A DNA stretch of 64,000 nucleotides from Octopus vulgaris (taxonomy: Eukaryota), in the NCBI GenBank assembly GCA_951406725.2, contig OX597829.1, forward strand, positions 32,860,001 to 32,924,000, in the 5' to 3' direction. The translations under genes and the position numbers were made by a program. Position 1 is the first letter of the stretch. Every line of letters begins with the position of its first letter. Shown here piece by piece: positions 26,933-39,129 of the stretch. The notes below the pieces were generated by a model. The model searched no databases, had not been told where the DNA came from, and saw only the letters and a list, made by a program, of their open reading frames with translations.

Positions 26933-27064
26933 CGTGTGTGTGTGGCTGTTATTCTTGTGAAGCGTTTGTTTGCTTTCTTAGCTGATGTCGGAGATGGTGA
27001 TGTTACTTTTGTAGTTTTCGCTATATTACTGCTTCTTAAATGCTTATGTTACCATTTCTGAGTA

Positions 27065-27130
<66 letters not shown>

Positions 27131-27140
27131 GGTGGGAGTG

Positions 27141-27250
27141 GTGAAACTTTACAAATCGTTACACTGGAGTTAACGATTTGAGAAGTTTCAGCATCCCAAT
27201 AAATTATATATCTCTCTACTCCGATACTGAGTACTGCTTCTGTTTGTGAA
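27141..27250 (+). repeat. Short dispersed repeat (second copy 28103-28215)
   Basis: GGT(G/A)AAACTT(T/C)ACAAATCGTTACACTGGAGTTA..GAAGTTTCAGC..CCAATAAATT in both, each after a (CT)n run. Confidence 0.7.
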
Positions 27251-27794
27251 TTTACACACACACATACATCTGTAAACTAATATACCTGCTTGTTGTTCAT
27301 ACACTTGTCTTCGTCTTTTGGTTTTCTATATATATATATATTATTTTTATTATTATTTTATGATTAATATATACATTTACACACATACACCTATGTATGT
27401 ATGTATGTATGTATCTATCTATCTATCTATCTATGCATGTATGTGTTTATATTATATACATACATAGTGCATGTATTGAAGTTTTATATTTTTTGTTTGT
27501 TTTAGCCAGATGTTCACAAGAAAGATTGTTATGTCTGGATGTGCTTTCATCGCACACATACGCATTCTAACACACGCACATACAATCACACATTCTCATA
27601 CGTACTCGCTGTGCATTTAACGTGTAAGTACTTTATACAGACACATGCACACATACTGTAACAAATACACATATAGACATATGCATACGCACTCGTTCAC
27701 ACCCATACAGATATACCGTGCATGCTTGTATGTTTTGGGGAGTGGGTTTATTAACATCAGTAGTGACTTAATATCTAGTTTAATATGAGTCGGT

Positions 27795-27940
27795 GAGTTC
27801 AAATTCCGCTGGGATCGATTTTGCCTTTCATCCTTTCGGGGTTCGTAAATTAAGTAGTGGTTGCGTACTTGGGGTCGATCTAATCGACTGGTCTCCTCCC
27901 CCAAGGTTTCGGGCCTTGTGCCTAGAGTAGAAAAGAATAT
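27795..27940 (+). mobile_element. SINE family B, 5'-truncated
   Basis: Core and GGCCTTGTGCCTAGAGTAGAAAAG tail as in 22756-22975. Confidence 0.7.
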
Positions 27941-28042
27941 TTTTCGAATTCTTTCTGTTTTCACCATCGCTTATATACATAATTGCAAACATAAACGCAT
28001 ACATACAAACATACATGCAGCAGATATACATTCTCGGATACA

Positions 28043-28079
<37 letters not shown>

Positions 28080-28790
28080 GAATGTGTGCGCACACGCGCA
28101 CGTGGTAAAACTTCACAAATCGTTACACTGGAGTTACGATTGAAGAAGTTTCAGCTGCCAATAAATTTTATCTCTCTATTCTTAAATATGAGTACTACTT
28201 CTTCCTTTTGTAAATAACTTTTCTTCAATTCTTCTCTTTGTTTTCTTCCACTTCTCTTATCTCTCTGATCTCACTTGTCCATATTTGTTTTCATTTTACT
28301 AATTAAAGATTTTGTTTTTGCTTTTAGTTTTCTTGTCCTCACTTCCGTTTAAACGCCTTTTGTCCACCTCTGTCGCATTCCGCTTATCCCTCCACGTCCC
28401 TCATTTTTTTTTTTTTCGCACCGACTTATATTGTACTCTCTAGCTCTTTGCTCACAATTTTCTTCCACATCACAGCATCTCACACCCATACCCCTATATA
28501 GTTTCTAACACCACCATCCAACATTCCCCTCTCCTTCCCCTTTACCTCACACTTGCGCCCACTTGCACCTTTTTACTTCCACTTTTCTTCTGCTAAGGAA
28601 TTGCGTCCGAAACATTAAGACACTTTCCCTTCCTTTTTAATCATTAAGCTAAAATAATATTCACTAAAACCTGTATCTCACATGTCTTATTTTTTATGCT
28701 CATTGCCTTGACAATATACATATATTTAACATTATGAACATATATTTAACATATATGTAAACATTATGAATATTTAACATATATGTAAAC

Positions 28791-29093
28791 TTGGTAAACA
28801 CCCACAACGTTATCAACCACCTCACCAACAACAACACTGAACACCTTTTTGATCTCCATGTGTCTAACACACGTGGACATGCCTACAAAGTCAGAAAACA
28901 ACACAGCTCCCATGACTTTCGGAAACATTTTTTCACGCTCAGAGTTGCTGAAGCATGGAATAAACTGCCTGCGTCAGTTGTTGACTGCTATGACACTGCA
29001 TCCTTCAAGGCCCTCATGCTTTCCGAAATCCGCCGAAACTACACCTGATTATATATACACTTTAGATGAGTTGTAGTGCACCTGAGCACTGTA

Positions 29094-29135
<42 letters not shown>
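28791..29135 (+). mobile_element. CR1-clade 3' end with TTA tail
   Basis: SNTRGHAYKVRKQHSSHDFRKHFFTLRVAEAWNKLPASVV..FK. Confidence 0.85.
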
Positions 29136-29137
<2 letters not shown>

Positions 29138-29419
29138 ATCACGTACTTCAGAACTAAGCGAAATGAAACCGCCCCGGAACAAATGCGGCAAACACAGGTA
29201 TTTCGCAGTAATTTACAGCTAATCACTTCTGCATACTTGCCTCAATTCTGAAAGGAAATCGAAATCGCTAGTTTGAAGTGTAATAAAATTAAACTACACG
29301 GTTTAATTTTATTGTACAGTTTAATTTTATTGTGCGATCACATATAATAAGTATGTGTGTTGTTAAATGCCAAGAAATACCTATTTTGCTGTTCTCGTTC
29401 ACTGGAGCAGTTTCGCAGC

Positions 29420-29772
29420 TTCTTTTACTTGTTTCAGTCATTTGACTGCGGCCATGCTGGAGCACTGCCTTTTAATCGAGCAAATCGACCCCAGTACTTA
29501 TTCTATCGGGGACATAAACAACAGTAACGGGGACATAAACACACCAGCATCGGTTTACGATAACTCAAGCAATGCTAGGGGAACAAACACAGATACACAA
29601 ACACATATATGTACATATATACGACGGTCTTCTTTCAAATCCACTCACAAGGCTTTGGTCGGCCCGAGGCTATAGTAGAAGACACTTGCCCAAGGTGCCA
29701 CGCAGTGGGACTGAACCCGGAACCATGTGGTTGGTAAACAAGCTACTTACCACACAGCCATTCCTGCGCCTA
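29420..29772 (-). mobile_element. SINE family A copy with tRNA-like head
   Basis: Minus strand begins TAGGCGCAGGAATGGCTGTGTGGTAAG..GGTTCAGTCCC (A/B-box-like), followed by the family body and tail. Confidence 0.8.
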
Positions 29773-29989
29773 GTGTGTATTTTAACACTATATGTCTTTA
29801 AAGGAATTTTCTCAGATGAAAAATTGCAGCTCTGTGTTTAACAACAAACATCCATTAAGAATGCGGTATTCATTTACATTATTGAACTGCTTCTAACACA
29901 CTTTGTGTGTGTCTGTGTGTATATATATGGTTTCCTCGCAGCCATTCCCCTTCTTCTCTCCCTTTCTCTTGCTCCTCCTCCCCCCCCCT

Positions 29990-30470
29990 CCCGTCGTTGA
30001 CCCGCGACGAGACTTCCGTTGCTGTCTTTCTGGCCTGGCCCTCTCAAGGTATGGACGACAATTCTTTTTGCTCCGCTCGTCGTTCATAAAAAAATCCGCG
30101 TTCGCAATACTCTTTTTCGTTCGGCGTTAACATCCCTTCTTATCTTGTCCTGTCTTTTACTGTTTATAATTTGTACTGTCGTTACTGTCCTGTTTTTGTT
30201 ACCATTTTTTACCCCTCTGCGAAAAGATCTCAGAATTTTAATTGATTTGCTTTTCGCAGGAAGGAAAGTTTCTTGTCGAAGATACGTCTCGCTTTCACCT
30301 TCGAAACGTAGAGTAGATGAAACCATAGCGACTGAAGAAGGGTTTTTTTCTTTGTGTTAATTGTCCTGTACTCTATTCTTTTGTTGTTTAATAAATGTCA
30401 AGTTCCTTTGGTTTGTGTCTATGTTTTCGTTTCTCATTGTGTTCGACGTCCTTTTGGTGTCCCATTCTCA
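29990..30470 (+). mobile_element. Dispersed repeat carrying a permuted hammerhead motif, copy 2
   Basis: 30215-30465 is homologous to the reverse complement of 13697-13930; 5' boundary uncertain. Confidence 0.7.
30283..30342 (+). ncRNA. Candidate non-circularly permuted hammerhead ribozyme
   Basis: UACGU-C-UCGCU-uucac-CUUC-GAA-ACGUA-linker-AGCGA-CUGAAGA-A-GGG: stem III UACGU/ACGUA, stem I UCGCU/AGCGA, GUC site at 30286-30288. Confidence 0.65.
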
Positions 30471-30548
30471 TATATGCGTGTATATGTACATGTAGAGGTA
30501 GGTACGTACATATATGTTTATATATATGCATGTTTATTTTATTTATTA

Positions 30549-30593
<45 letters not shown>

Positions 30594-30646
30594 TCACACA
30601 CAATTATTGGATTGTCAATCGAATCTATTTATGTGTGTGTGTGTAT

Positions 30647-31250
30647 ACTTGTTTCAGTCATTTGACTGCGGCCATGCTGGAGCACCGCCTTTAGACAAGC
30701 AAATCGACCCCAGGACTTATCTTTTGTAAGTTTAGTACTTATTCTATCGTGGTTTTTTTTTTGCCGAACCGCTGTGACGGGGACAAACACGCCAGCATCG
30801 GTTGTCAAGCGATGTTGGGGGAACCATGTGGTTCGTAAGCAAGCTACTTACCACACAGCTATGTATGTGTGCGTGTGTGTGCGTGCGTATGTGTGTGTGT
30901 AAGACGCTTGCTTTCCAAGCACATGGTTCCAAGTTCAGTCCCACTGCGTGACACCTTGGTCAAGTATCTTCTGTTATATCCTCGGGCCAACAAAAGCTTT
31001 GGGAGCGGATTTGGTAGGCGGGAACTGGAAGAAGCCCTTAATGAAAGTGTGTATCCTCCCACTACCGCTTGACAATTGGTGTTGGTGTGTTTACGTCCCG
31101 TATCTTACAGGTTCGACAAAAGAGACCGACAGAATAAGTACTAGGCTTAAGAAATAAGTCCTGGGGTCGATTTGTTCGACTAAAACACTTCAAGGCGGTG
31201 CTCTAGCATGGCCACAGTCAAATAACAGAAACAAGTGAAAGAATAAAGGA
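30647..31250. mobile_element. Two SINE family A copies in opposite orientation (30647-30860 minus, 30900-31250 plus)
   Basis: Family tail CTTGTTTCAGTCATTTGACTGCGGCCATGCTGG on the left and its complement on the right. Confidence 0.75.
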
Positions 31251-32161
31251 ATATATCACGAATCACAAGCACTGGTATGGCTACATGGTTAAGACATTCG
31301 CTTCACAACCAATTATTTTTGTTTCAGTCCTACTGTGCGCGTATCTTGAGCAAGCCTCTTTTTTACGATAACTCAAGTTATTTTTTGTTATCAGAAGGAT
31401 GGAAGGAAAGAATTCTAAAATTCCACCCAAACAAAAATTAAACGTGCATATCCCGTAATGAAATGTAATTCTGTTACCTGACATGCATGGTAATAATACT
31501 AGCTACTCAAGATGCTCGTTAATTGGGGACACCTTAGCTAAGCATAGTCCAATTAATGGCTGACAAACTTTCCGAACCTGTGTGTGTGTGTGAACATTCA
31601 CTGATTAAGCAAATGAAAATAATGACATTGGAAATTTGTCCAAGGGTACCTTCTACAAGAGAAACATATTCATGTGTGCTTGTGTGCATGAGCGTGTTGG
31701 TATGCTTGTACATGTGTACACATATATGGGAGCATACACACACACACACACACGATTATACATACGTCCATCATACATACATGTTTAGATAGGTGCTTGT
31801 AAAAGTGTGTGCTTAGGTCGCACATATATCATGTAGGTAGATATAAAAGATAGCTTATTCGCATCTACTTTGCCATTTCGCCGCCCTCGATTTCATAATC
31901 CATTCTAACTTACAATCTCACATTATTTATGGCCTTTATTTATCTAATTGTCTAAAAATGTATTTCAAACATTTTTAGCGTTTTTTATTGTTTTTGCTTT
32001 TTTTTTTTCACAACTTATCTTCACTCCTTTTCTACGTCTTTTGCTAAAATCTTCATCAACCATTCTCAATTTCTACATCTACATATTCAAGTACGTATAT
32101 GCCTGAGTAGATAGGTAGTTGCTTGCGAGTGGATGGGTAGGTGCATATAAATGTATGTATG

Positions 32162-32203
<42 letters not shown>

Positions 32204-32258
32204 TGTATGTATGTATGTATATATATATACATATATGTATATATATATATATGTATAA

Positions 32259-32308
<50 letters not shown>

Positions 32309-32374
32309 ATGTATGTATATATATATGTATATATGTATATGTATGTATATATATATATATATATGTGTAATCAG

Positions 32375-32482
32375 ATGAGAAATCAGATTCGAAATTTCCC
32401 CAAGACACCTGATGAAAGCTGAAACATTGTGTTAACAACAAACAAGATGAGGACAAATATCCGTCAATTGTAAATAATGTGC
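32375..32482 (+). mobile_element. Penelope-type short repeat with stem-II-deleted hammerhead
   Basis: Homologous to 44950-45083; GACAC-CTGATGA-AAGCT-GAAACATT-GTGTT. Confidence 0.65.
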
Positions 32483-33403
32483 ATATATATAGTCCTTTAA
32501 AAAATTATTTGATAGTTTCATCTATTTCAAAATAACTGACTTGATCTACAAGAATTCAGAGTTCAACACAATAAAATATAATACAATGACGTCTTTATTC
32601 AATTCATTTCTTTGTAATATCAGTAAAACATTGAATTTTTTAAAATGGTATATTTTCATTTTATTAGAAAAATATCTGTGAAAAACACCAAGAAATTTGC
32701 GAATGCTTTACAAATAAATAAAATAAAATGTTTCACCTTCTTGTTCTTTGAAAGAAAAATCATGTAAGAGAGTTGGATAGAGATAGTATAAGTTACATCA
32801 CTTCATTAAAACATTAAAAAAAAACATGACTTTTATCTTTTTTGTTGAGAATTGCTCGTTTTCTCAGCAGACCTTTGCAGTTTGTATTCAACATCACTAT
32901 TCATAGAACAATCAAGTTTTTTTCTTTCTTTTCGTGGTTATTACCTTTTGGAGGAAATGGTTTTGTTTTGGAATTTTGGATAGTGTTTGTTATAATTTTG
33001 CAAATTTTAGGTGGTCCTAGCTGTTAATATACATCAGGACTATTAATAATAAGTCTGAAGGAAAGTACTCCAGAGAAGAGTTCTATGTACGGAAGGATCT
33101 CACATATGTAATATAATTATAATGAGCTGAAAAACTTCGATCAATTGAGGTTATCTATGAAATTCATAGACTAAATTTACGTCAGTATGGAGGTTAGAAT
33201 CTAAAAACTATCAAGGAAAAAAAACTAATAATATGAGCTAAGTGAAATTTTGGAAAATAAAAATTAATGCAGATGGTAGTGACATTCTTTTTTAAGCCTA
33301 ACTTGCAAAATCAAGACACTTTTCGTTTTTATTAGAACTCTTCAGCAAAACATTCTACTCATTTGGCAAGACTTGCGCGCATGCGCACATACATAAATAC
33401 ATA

Positions 33404-33446
<43 letters not shown>

Positions 33447-36400
33447 GTATCGTAATTACACTAATTATTAACATCAACAATAAAGCTGACGGAAGTGAGC
33501 ATTCTGCATGCTAAATACAAATTAAGTAATCTCACACATAATTTGCAATAAGCTAAAGAATTTCAATAAACTTTAACTGCTTATGAAATCAGTAGACAAA
33601 AAGTCTCCTAGGTGTGTTTAAAATCTACACAACAATAAACAACGAAGATAACTTCTATAATGTCAGCTAATCTACAAATTCGGAAAATAAAAATATACAT
33701 TATAAATCAGGTTTGGATGAAATTCTGTTTAGGAACGTTTTATTGACAACTAATGTATTCCTGTCAAGGTTTGTTTTATACTGTTTTCCAGTGTTGCAAA
33801 TATATGTTTGGTCAACTGACGGAAAATATAACTGTTAGAGTTACTTCCTCATTGCATTACAAAGTTTATTCAGTCTATAAGCTTGTGATTAGTTGTTGAT
33901 AGAAAAGTTAATTTTAGTGTTTTTGTAATATATTGATAAAAATTGGTCGATAATTTTGCATACTGAATGATGTTTTCTTCTATATTGAGTTTTTTTTTGG
34001 TTTTTTTTTGGTAACATGAATACTATTCTGCAGTCTGGGTGCACTAGTTTGATGTTTAGGAGAGAAAAAGTTTTACGGCTTTTGCATATATTTAATTCGT
34101 GTTAAATTTATTTGAATATCTGTTGTTCACTAGTGTTGCTTTATTCTATAGAATCTGTTATGCTTGGTTTATATTTGAATGAACATTAAGCGACCCTATT
34201 GATATTCAAGCATTTTTAACTCAGGTATGATTGATGAGCTAAGCAATTCAGTTTGCAATGAAACGCTCTTTGATTTGATCCACGGTGTGTCCTTTTGACC
34301 AAGTGTCTTTATGATTACCTCTGGTCGACTGGAGACATTTTAGTTAAATTGGATAGAAGGAAATTGCATGGAAATCAGTCAAATGTACGTGTCTGTGAAA
34401 TACTCAACCACTTACACGCAAAGTGAGCAAGTCTTTAGTTAATTAATCGAACAACTGAATGCTCATTCTCGAAATCGTCGATTTATACTATACCAGTATA
34501 GTATATTTGAAAGAATAGAACATTTTACATGTTACAATTAAGAGATATTACAAAAACCAAAAAGCCTCTTTTCCATCAACAATTCACAAACCTCAGATAA
34601 TCAATATCATAGTCGAATTTGCATCCAAACATGAAATATGTGAAGTCAATGATTCTTACAGTAGATATATTAGTTCTGATAACGGTGAGGTAACACAATA
34701 GACAGAGTAAAAAATGCCTCGTTATATTTTATATATCTTCATGTTCTGAGTTCGAATTTCATACATTTAAGGTCAGTATATACCAGTCGTATACTAAACG
34801 ATTTAAATAGTTTAAAATTCCACATAAATATGTGACCCTATATCTAACTAATAATGCAAATGGACTAAGTATCTTTGTAGCATTTTGTAACATCTCTCGA
34901 CATTCTGACTACAAATCTCACTAGAGTAGACTTGGTTTTTCCTTTTTGCAGAAACAATAATCTACAAACCAGTGATATAGAGAGATCCAATATAATTGGC
35001 AATACCTTTAATAATTTTGTAGTGAAAATGTGACATATCCTTTTGCCTTGTAACATTGTATCTCTAGCCTTATTGTATATGTTCGTATATACAATGTTTC
35101 ACTACAACATGTGCCGCACTAACTTGCCAAGAGAGAAATCTTCCACTAAAAAAGATACTCGTCTTGGTCCAAAGCTCGTAAGCAACCACATTATGTAAGA
35201 TATTACAAAATTTATTATTGTGCAAGAGTTACTACAAAACAAGTCAAATGATTCAGGTTGGTCTTCATATTATACCGTATAATTATTCTGAGAAAATATG
35301 TCGGGCAGGTTCAGTTGAGAGTTCACAATGGCATTCGGAAGGTTTGTCATCATTCCTAATTACATATTATGTAAATACGTCATTGGTGGTGGTCTGAAAG
35401 TTGTTTGTAGTCCGTTCACTAACAGAGGTACTTCTGGAGTTTACGATGGTATTGGAAAGCTTTTCAGTAGAATCACTGACAGCAGCCACAGCTATGATCT
35501 TGCATATTCCATTAAACGAAGCACGTACTGATTGTATCAATCAATCATTACTGATATTTGTATAGAAAAGTGTGTGAAGATGAATTATGAGAGTGCAGTA
35601 ATGATTCACAATGCCATTACCAATGAACCAGGTCTTATAAAACTTACAAGTGCTAATGTATAGCCACACAAACAAGACCTAAAAGCAGTTTACTATAGAG
35701 GACCAGAACAAAATGGACAATCTACTATTATCAATGAATTTTGGATGGAACAGAGTGGTAAACCAACCATACTCCAAGGGACTGCGACGATATAAGACAT
35801 GCTGGCACATACATAAAAACGACACTAAATGGTCACATATTTATAATAAACCAAACATTCAGGAGAGATGGTGCTTCTGTCAAAGTCGAGATCGCTGGAG
35901 GCATAAGTCTTTTCATGGTATGAAGGATGAGGCAGCTCAAACGATAACTAATGGAGAAATCCATACCTGTGGCAATATATTCTCGATATGTCGCCGACAT
36001 AAAAATTGTGATTAAAACAACGCCAAACGATGATACCCAGGAAACTGAAAAACATGATGGAAAAAATGTAGTACATACCAAACTCAATTTACTTGAAAAC
36101 TAGGAATACAGCTTGAACAAAATTTGAGGATGATAGTGAACGTGACAGTCGCCGTAAAAAGAAAGCTACCAGTCATGCTACCCATAGACAACTAAAGATA
36201 CCTGATGAATGACAGGTTCGCTTTCAGTAAAATGCTACTAGATAAGCTGCCCATGCACAATATGAAAACCAACAACAGCACCGAGCAAAGCCAATTAGAA
36301 AGCTTGAAGAGCAAAACAAGCAGAGGCTAGCCTTCAGAATGCAGTGGTCTATGTGGCTAAATAGATGAATGATCTCCCTTGCAAGAAAGATTATAGAGTA

Positions 36401-36649
36401 ACCTCCCTTTACTAAGTTTCTCGAAGCATCTGTGTCATGAGACGTGATTCTTAATTATTCAAGAAACTTAGCGTTTCTCTTGGAAGTTTCTAGAATGTCT
36501 AACGTTCCATTAATAAAACAGCTTGCTAACCCTACGCTTTGCTTCTTAGTCAATTAGACTTAGAGCCATTCACGTCATTGACTTTTGCCTCTCATCGCTA
36601 CATCGTTTGCTGCTGGAATCTTTGCTAGTGTGAGTCTTATTTTTCTGTT

Positions 36650-37810
36650 GGTGATTTTTGTTAATCGTTATACCGTTTTGTGGATTCCTGTGTGAATCAA
36701 ACGTTCGACATCGTTACAACGGCGTTTTCGCCCTACGGGGCAGAAAATTGTTAATTAATGTGAACTTTGCCCGATACAGGGTGAAAAATTTTTTTCTACT
36801 TTTGTCATTCGTGACAGAAGGTGTGTGTGTGTGTTTTTTTACGTTGTTGTCTGTAAAGACAATACTGTATCAAAAAATGGAATTTCATTTAAAATCAAAT
36901 AAGAATTTCCCTCAATGCAGGGAAGTGTTGAAACAAATGAAAGTGAAAAACCAAGTTTTTCAGTAGCCATTGGAGGCAACTTTATGGAACTTTATGGAAA
37001 GGAACAACTGTTTAAGTTCAGAAATCTAATAAAAAAGTCGGGAAGTGACACTAGACTCTTGCCACCACAAGAGACTATACAAAGCCTGGCATCTAAAATG
37101 GTGGTCTATAAAATTTACAGCAAAAAGGAAAAGAAAATAATGCCTACAAAAAAATGAAACAGTGGAAAAGTGTCTGGCGCCCATATGGGACAAAGTTGTG
37201 TACATAGGAAAAGGAGTGAGAAGCGCTACAGTGGAGGCGCATTTTAAAGATGCCGAAACGGCAAAGCAGTTATCAACTCAAACATTAAGTAATGACGAAA
37301 TAATCCTCCTTCCGACATATTTAGGAAGGAGGACAGCAAAAATTACGATAGAGGAGATACCAATCGGGTACGAGGCGTCATGGCTAGCAGCTGCGGTTAT
37401 CTGTGACGCCGAAGAGGAAATAACTATACTACAAATGAGAAGGAGGAAACCATTAATTTGAAAGGTCAAACCCTGGAAATTGTCGTACTGGCCTCAAATG
37501 AGGTTCTGGATTCAAGGCCAGATCGAATCTTTATAGTGGAGGGACTAAGTGCCCGTGTTTTGGTGGAAGGTCGAAGACCGAAGTGTTTTAAGTGTGGCGA
37601 GAAGGGACACGTAAGGTCAGACTGCTAAAAGGTAAAAAAGACAAAAAAAGTGGATGTCTCTCCCCTTAAAAAAATGTATAGAAACCAACAAGGAGGAGGA
37701 GGAGGAAAAAACGGGAAAACCGGAGAGGAGAATAAGTCACAGAAAACAAAAGATGGTGATAAATGATGTCAACAAGATAAAACGGGAGAAATGGATTACA
37801 TAGTTGTATG
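36650..37810 (+). mobile_element. Old Tx1-like element, ORF1 remnant only
   Basis: LAPIWDKVVYIGKG..VEAHF..LLPTYLGRRTAKITIE..SWLAAAV..VEGRRPKCFKCGEKGHVRSDC, homologous to ORF1 of the downstream array. Confidence 0.8.
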
Positions 37811-38827
37811 AAGACCGATCAAATTTACGTTGTCAAACGTATTTGAAGAATCAGAAACCGGTCCTGCATTAATCGATTCTAGGTTGTCCATTTATCGAAT
37901 GTTCTTCCTAGAGGTAAGACAAATTTTTCATGTTTGTTGCACACACACGTCTTTGCTAGTATATACGCAGTGAAGCTATACAATAGCATCGTATTTGTAT
38001 CGATTACTATTTTCAAGTAAATATTGGTGCCTTAACTCAAAATGTGTGTGTATGTGTATGCTTTTTATGCATTTCCACATTTTTCATCTGATTTTCATAA
38101 AAATTTTTTTATTAAATGGGAAATTACCGATGCCTAGGGATAGCCCCTTCTGGGAGAAAAATCGATAAAACTGAAGGGACCCCACCTGCGTTTTGCAAAA
38201 AAAAAAAGCAAAATTTGCACAGGAGAAAAGATTTTACACTTTTTAGCATACACATGATACATACACGCCCAAATGTCCACACCCTTTATAAGTACCATAA
38301 GCTCGTGGTGTGAAATGTGTCAACCTTACACCCTCGACTGCACCCTCGCCCATGCCCTCCAATTTTTCACTTTTAAGTAATCACACAAAACAATGTCCAC
38401 CACTCCCCCTTTTAAGTGCACACGCCCAATTCACGCCTTCCCCCTTTTCCACACTTGAACACACACGTGCGCCATTATGCCCATAGTGTGATTTTCGAGC
38501 ATGGCCTTTTGACCTGTGCGTGAGATCCTCAGTAATTGATCCAATCATGTTTACGACAAGACCTTGTTGGTGGAACGCTGCTCACCTGTTCACATACGCG
38601 TCATGTCATCATTGTTATTGCTTTTTGTGCATAACTTTGATGTGCATTGGCCTACAGGTTTGAAATGCCATTTGAGTTACATTCTTGTATTCACTTGGTA
38701 CTGACTGCTTCAAAATGTAGCTACTACTTTGCTCAATTAACTATTTCCATTCAAATACGTATTTAATTAGTCGTTCTCTTTGTGTTCGTTTTGCTACATG
38801 CTTTTTTAATAACACATTACTACCGCC

Positions 38828-39082
38828 ATGCTTCCTAAGAAAAGGTCACGTCTTAGTCGTCATGCAGACCACTTTTCAGCCTCAAAACAAAGGAGAACTA
38901 ATGAGTCGTTCTTTGAGACTGCCGTTAGACTGTCACAAAATGTCATTCAAAATGCACTTGCTAGGTCGTCTGAAACAGAAGAACGGAAAAGTTTTCGCCT
39001 TTCTACAAATGCTTTCCTGGCTGCTCTTGCGCGTTGTTCTGAATGCAAAAAAGAAAATATGTTCAGCTTAACGTCTGTGTGA
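38828..39082 (+). pseudogene. Possible N-terminal fragment of a Helitron Rep/helicase ORF
   Basis: MLPKKRSRLSR followed by repeated R..ES/ET.E....RLS units, resembling Helitron protein N-termini; no catalytic motif present. Confidence 0.35.
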
Positions 39083-39129
39083 TGTGGACATCGTTCCGTG
39101 CATTCAAAAAGAAACAAAAGAACTTGACG

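Noticed and set aside
29700-29772. tRNA-like sequence
   Set aside because: Continuous with the SINE body and no clean cloverleaf; a SINE head rather than a tRNA gene.
33480-34330. Possible old TE coding remnant on the minus strand
   Set aside because: No recognisable motif in any frame.
34850-36600. Possible decayed LTR-retrotransposon integrase and LTR
   Set aside because: Only faint resemblance; no diagnostic motif, termini or TSD that I can support.
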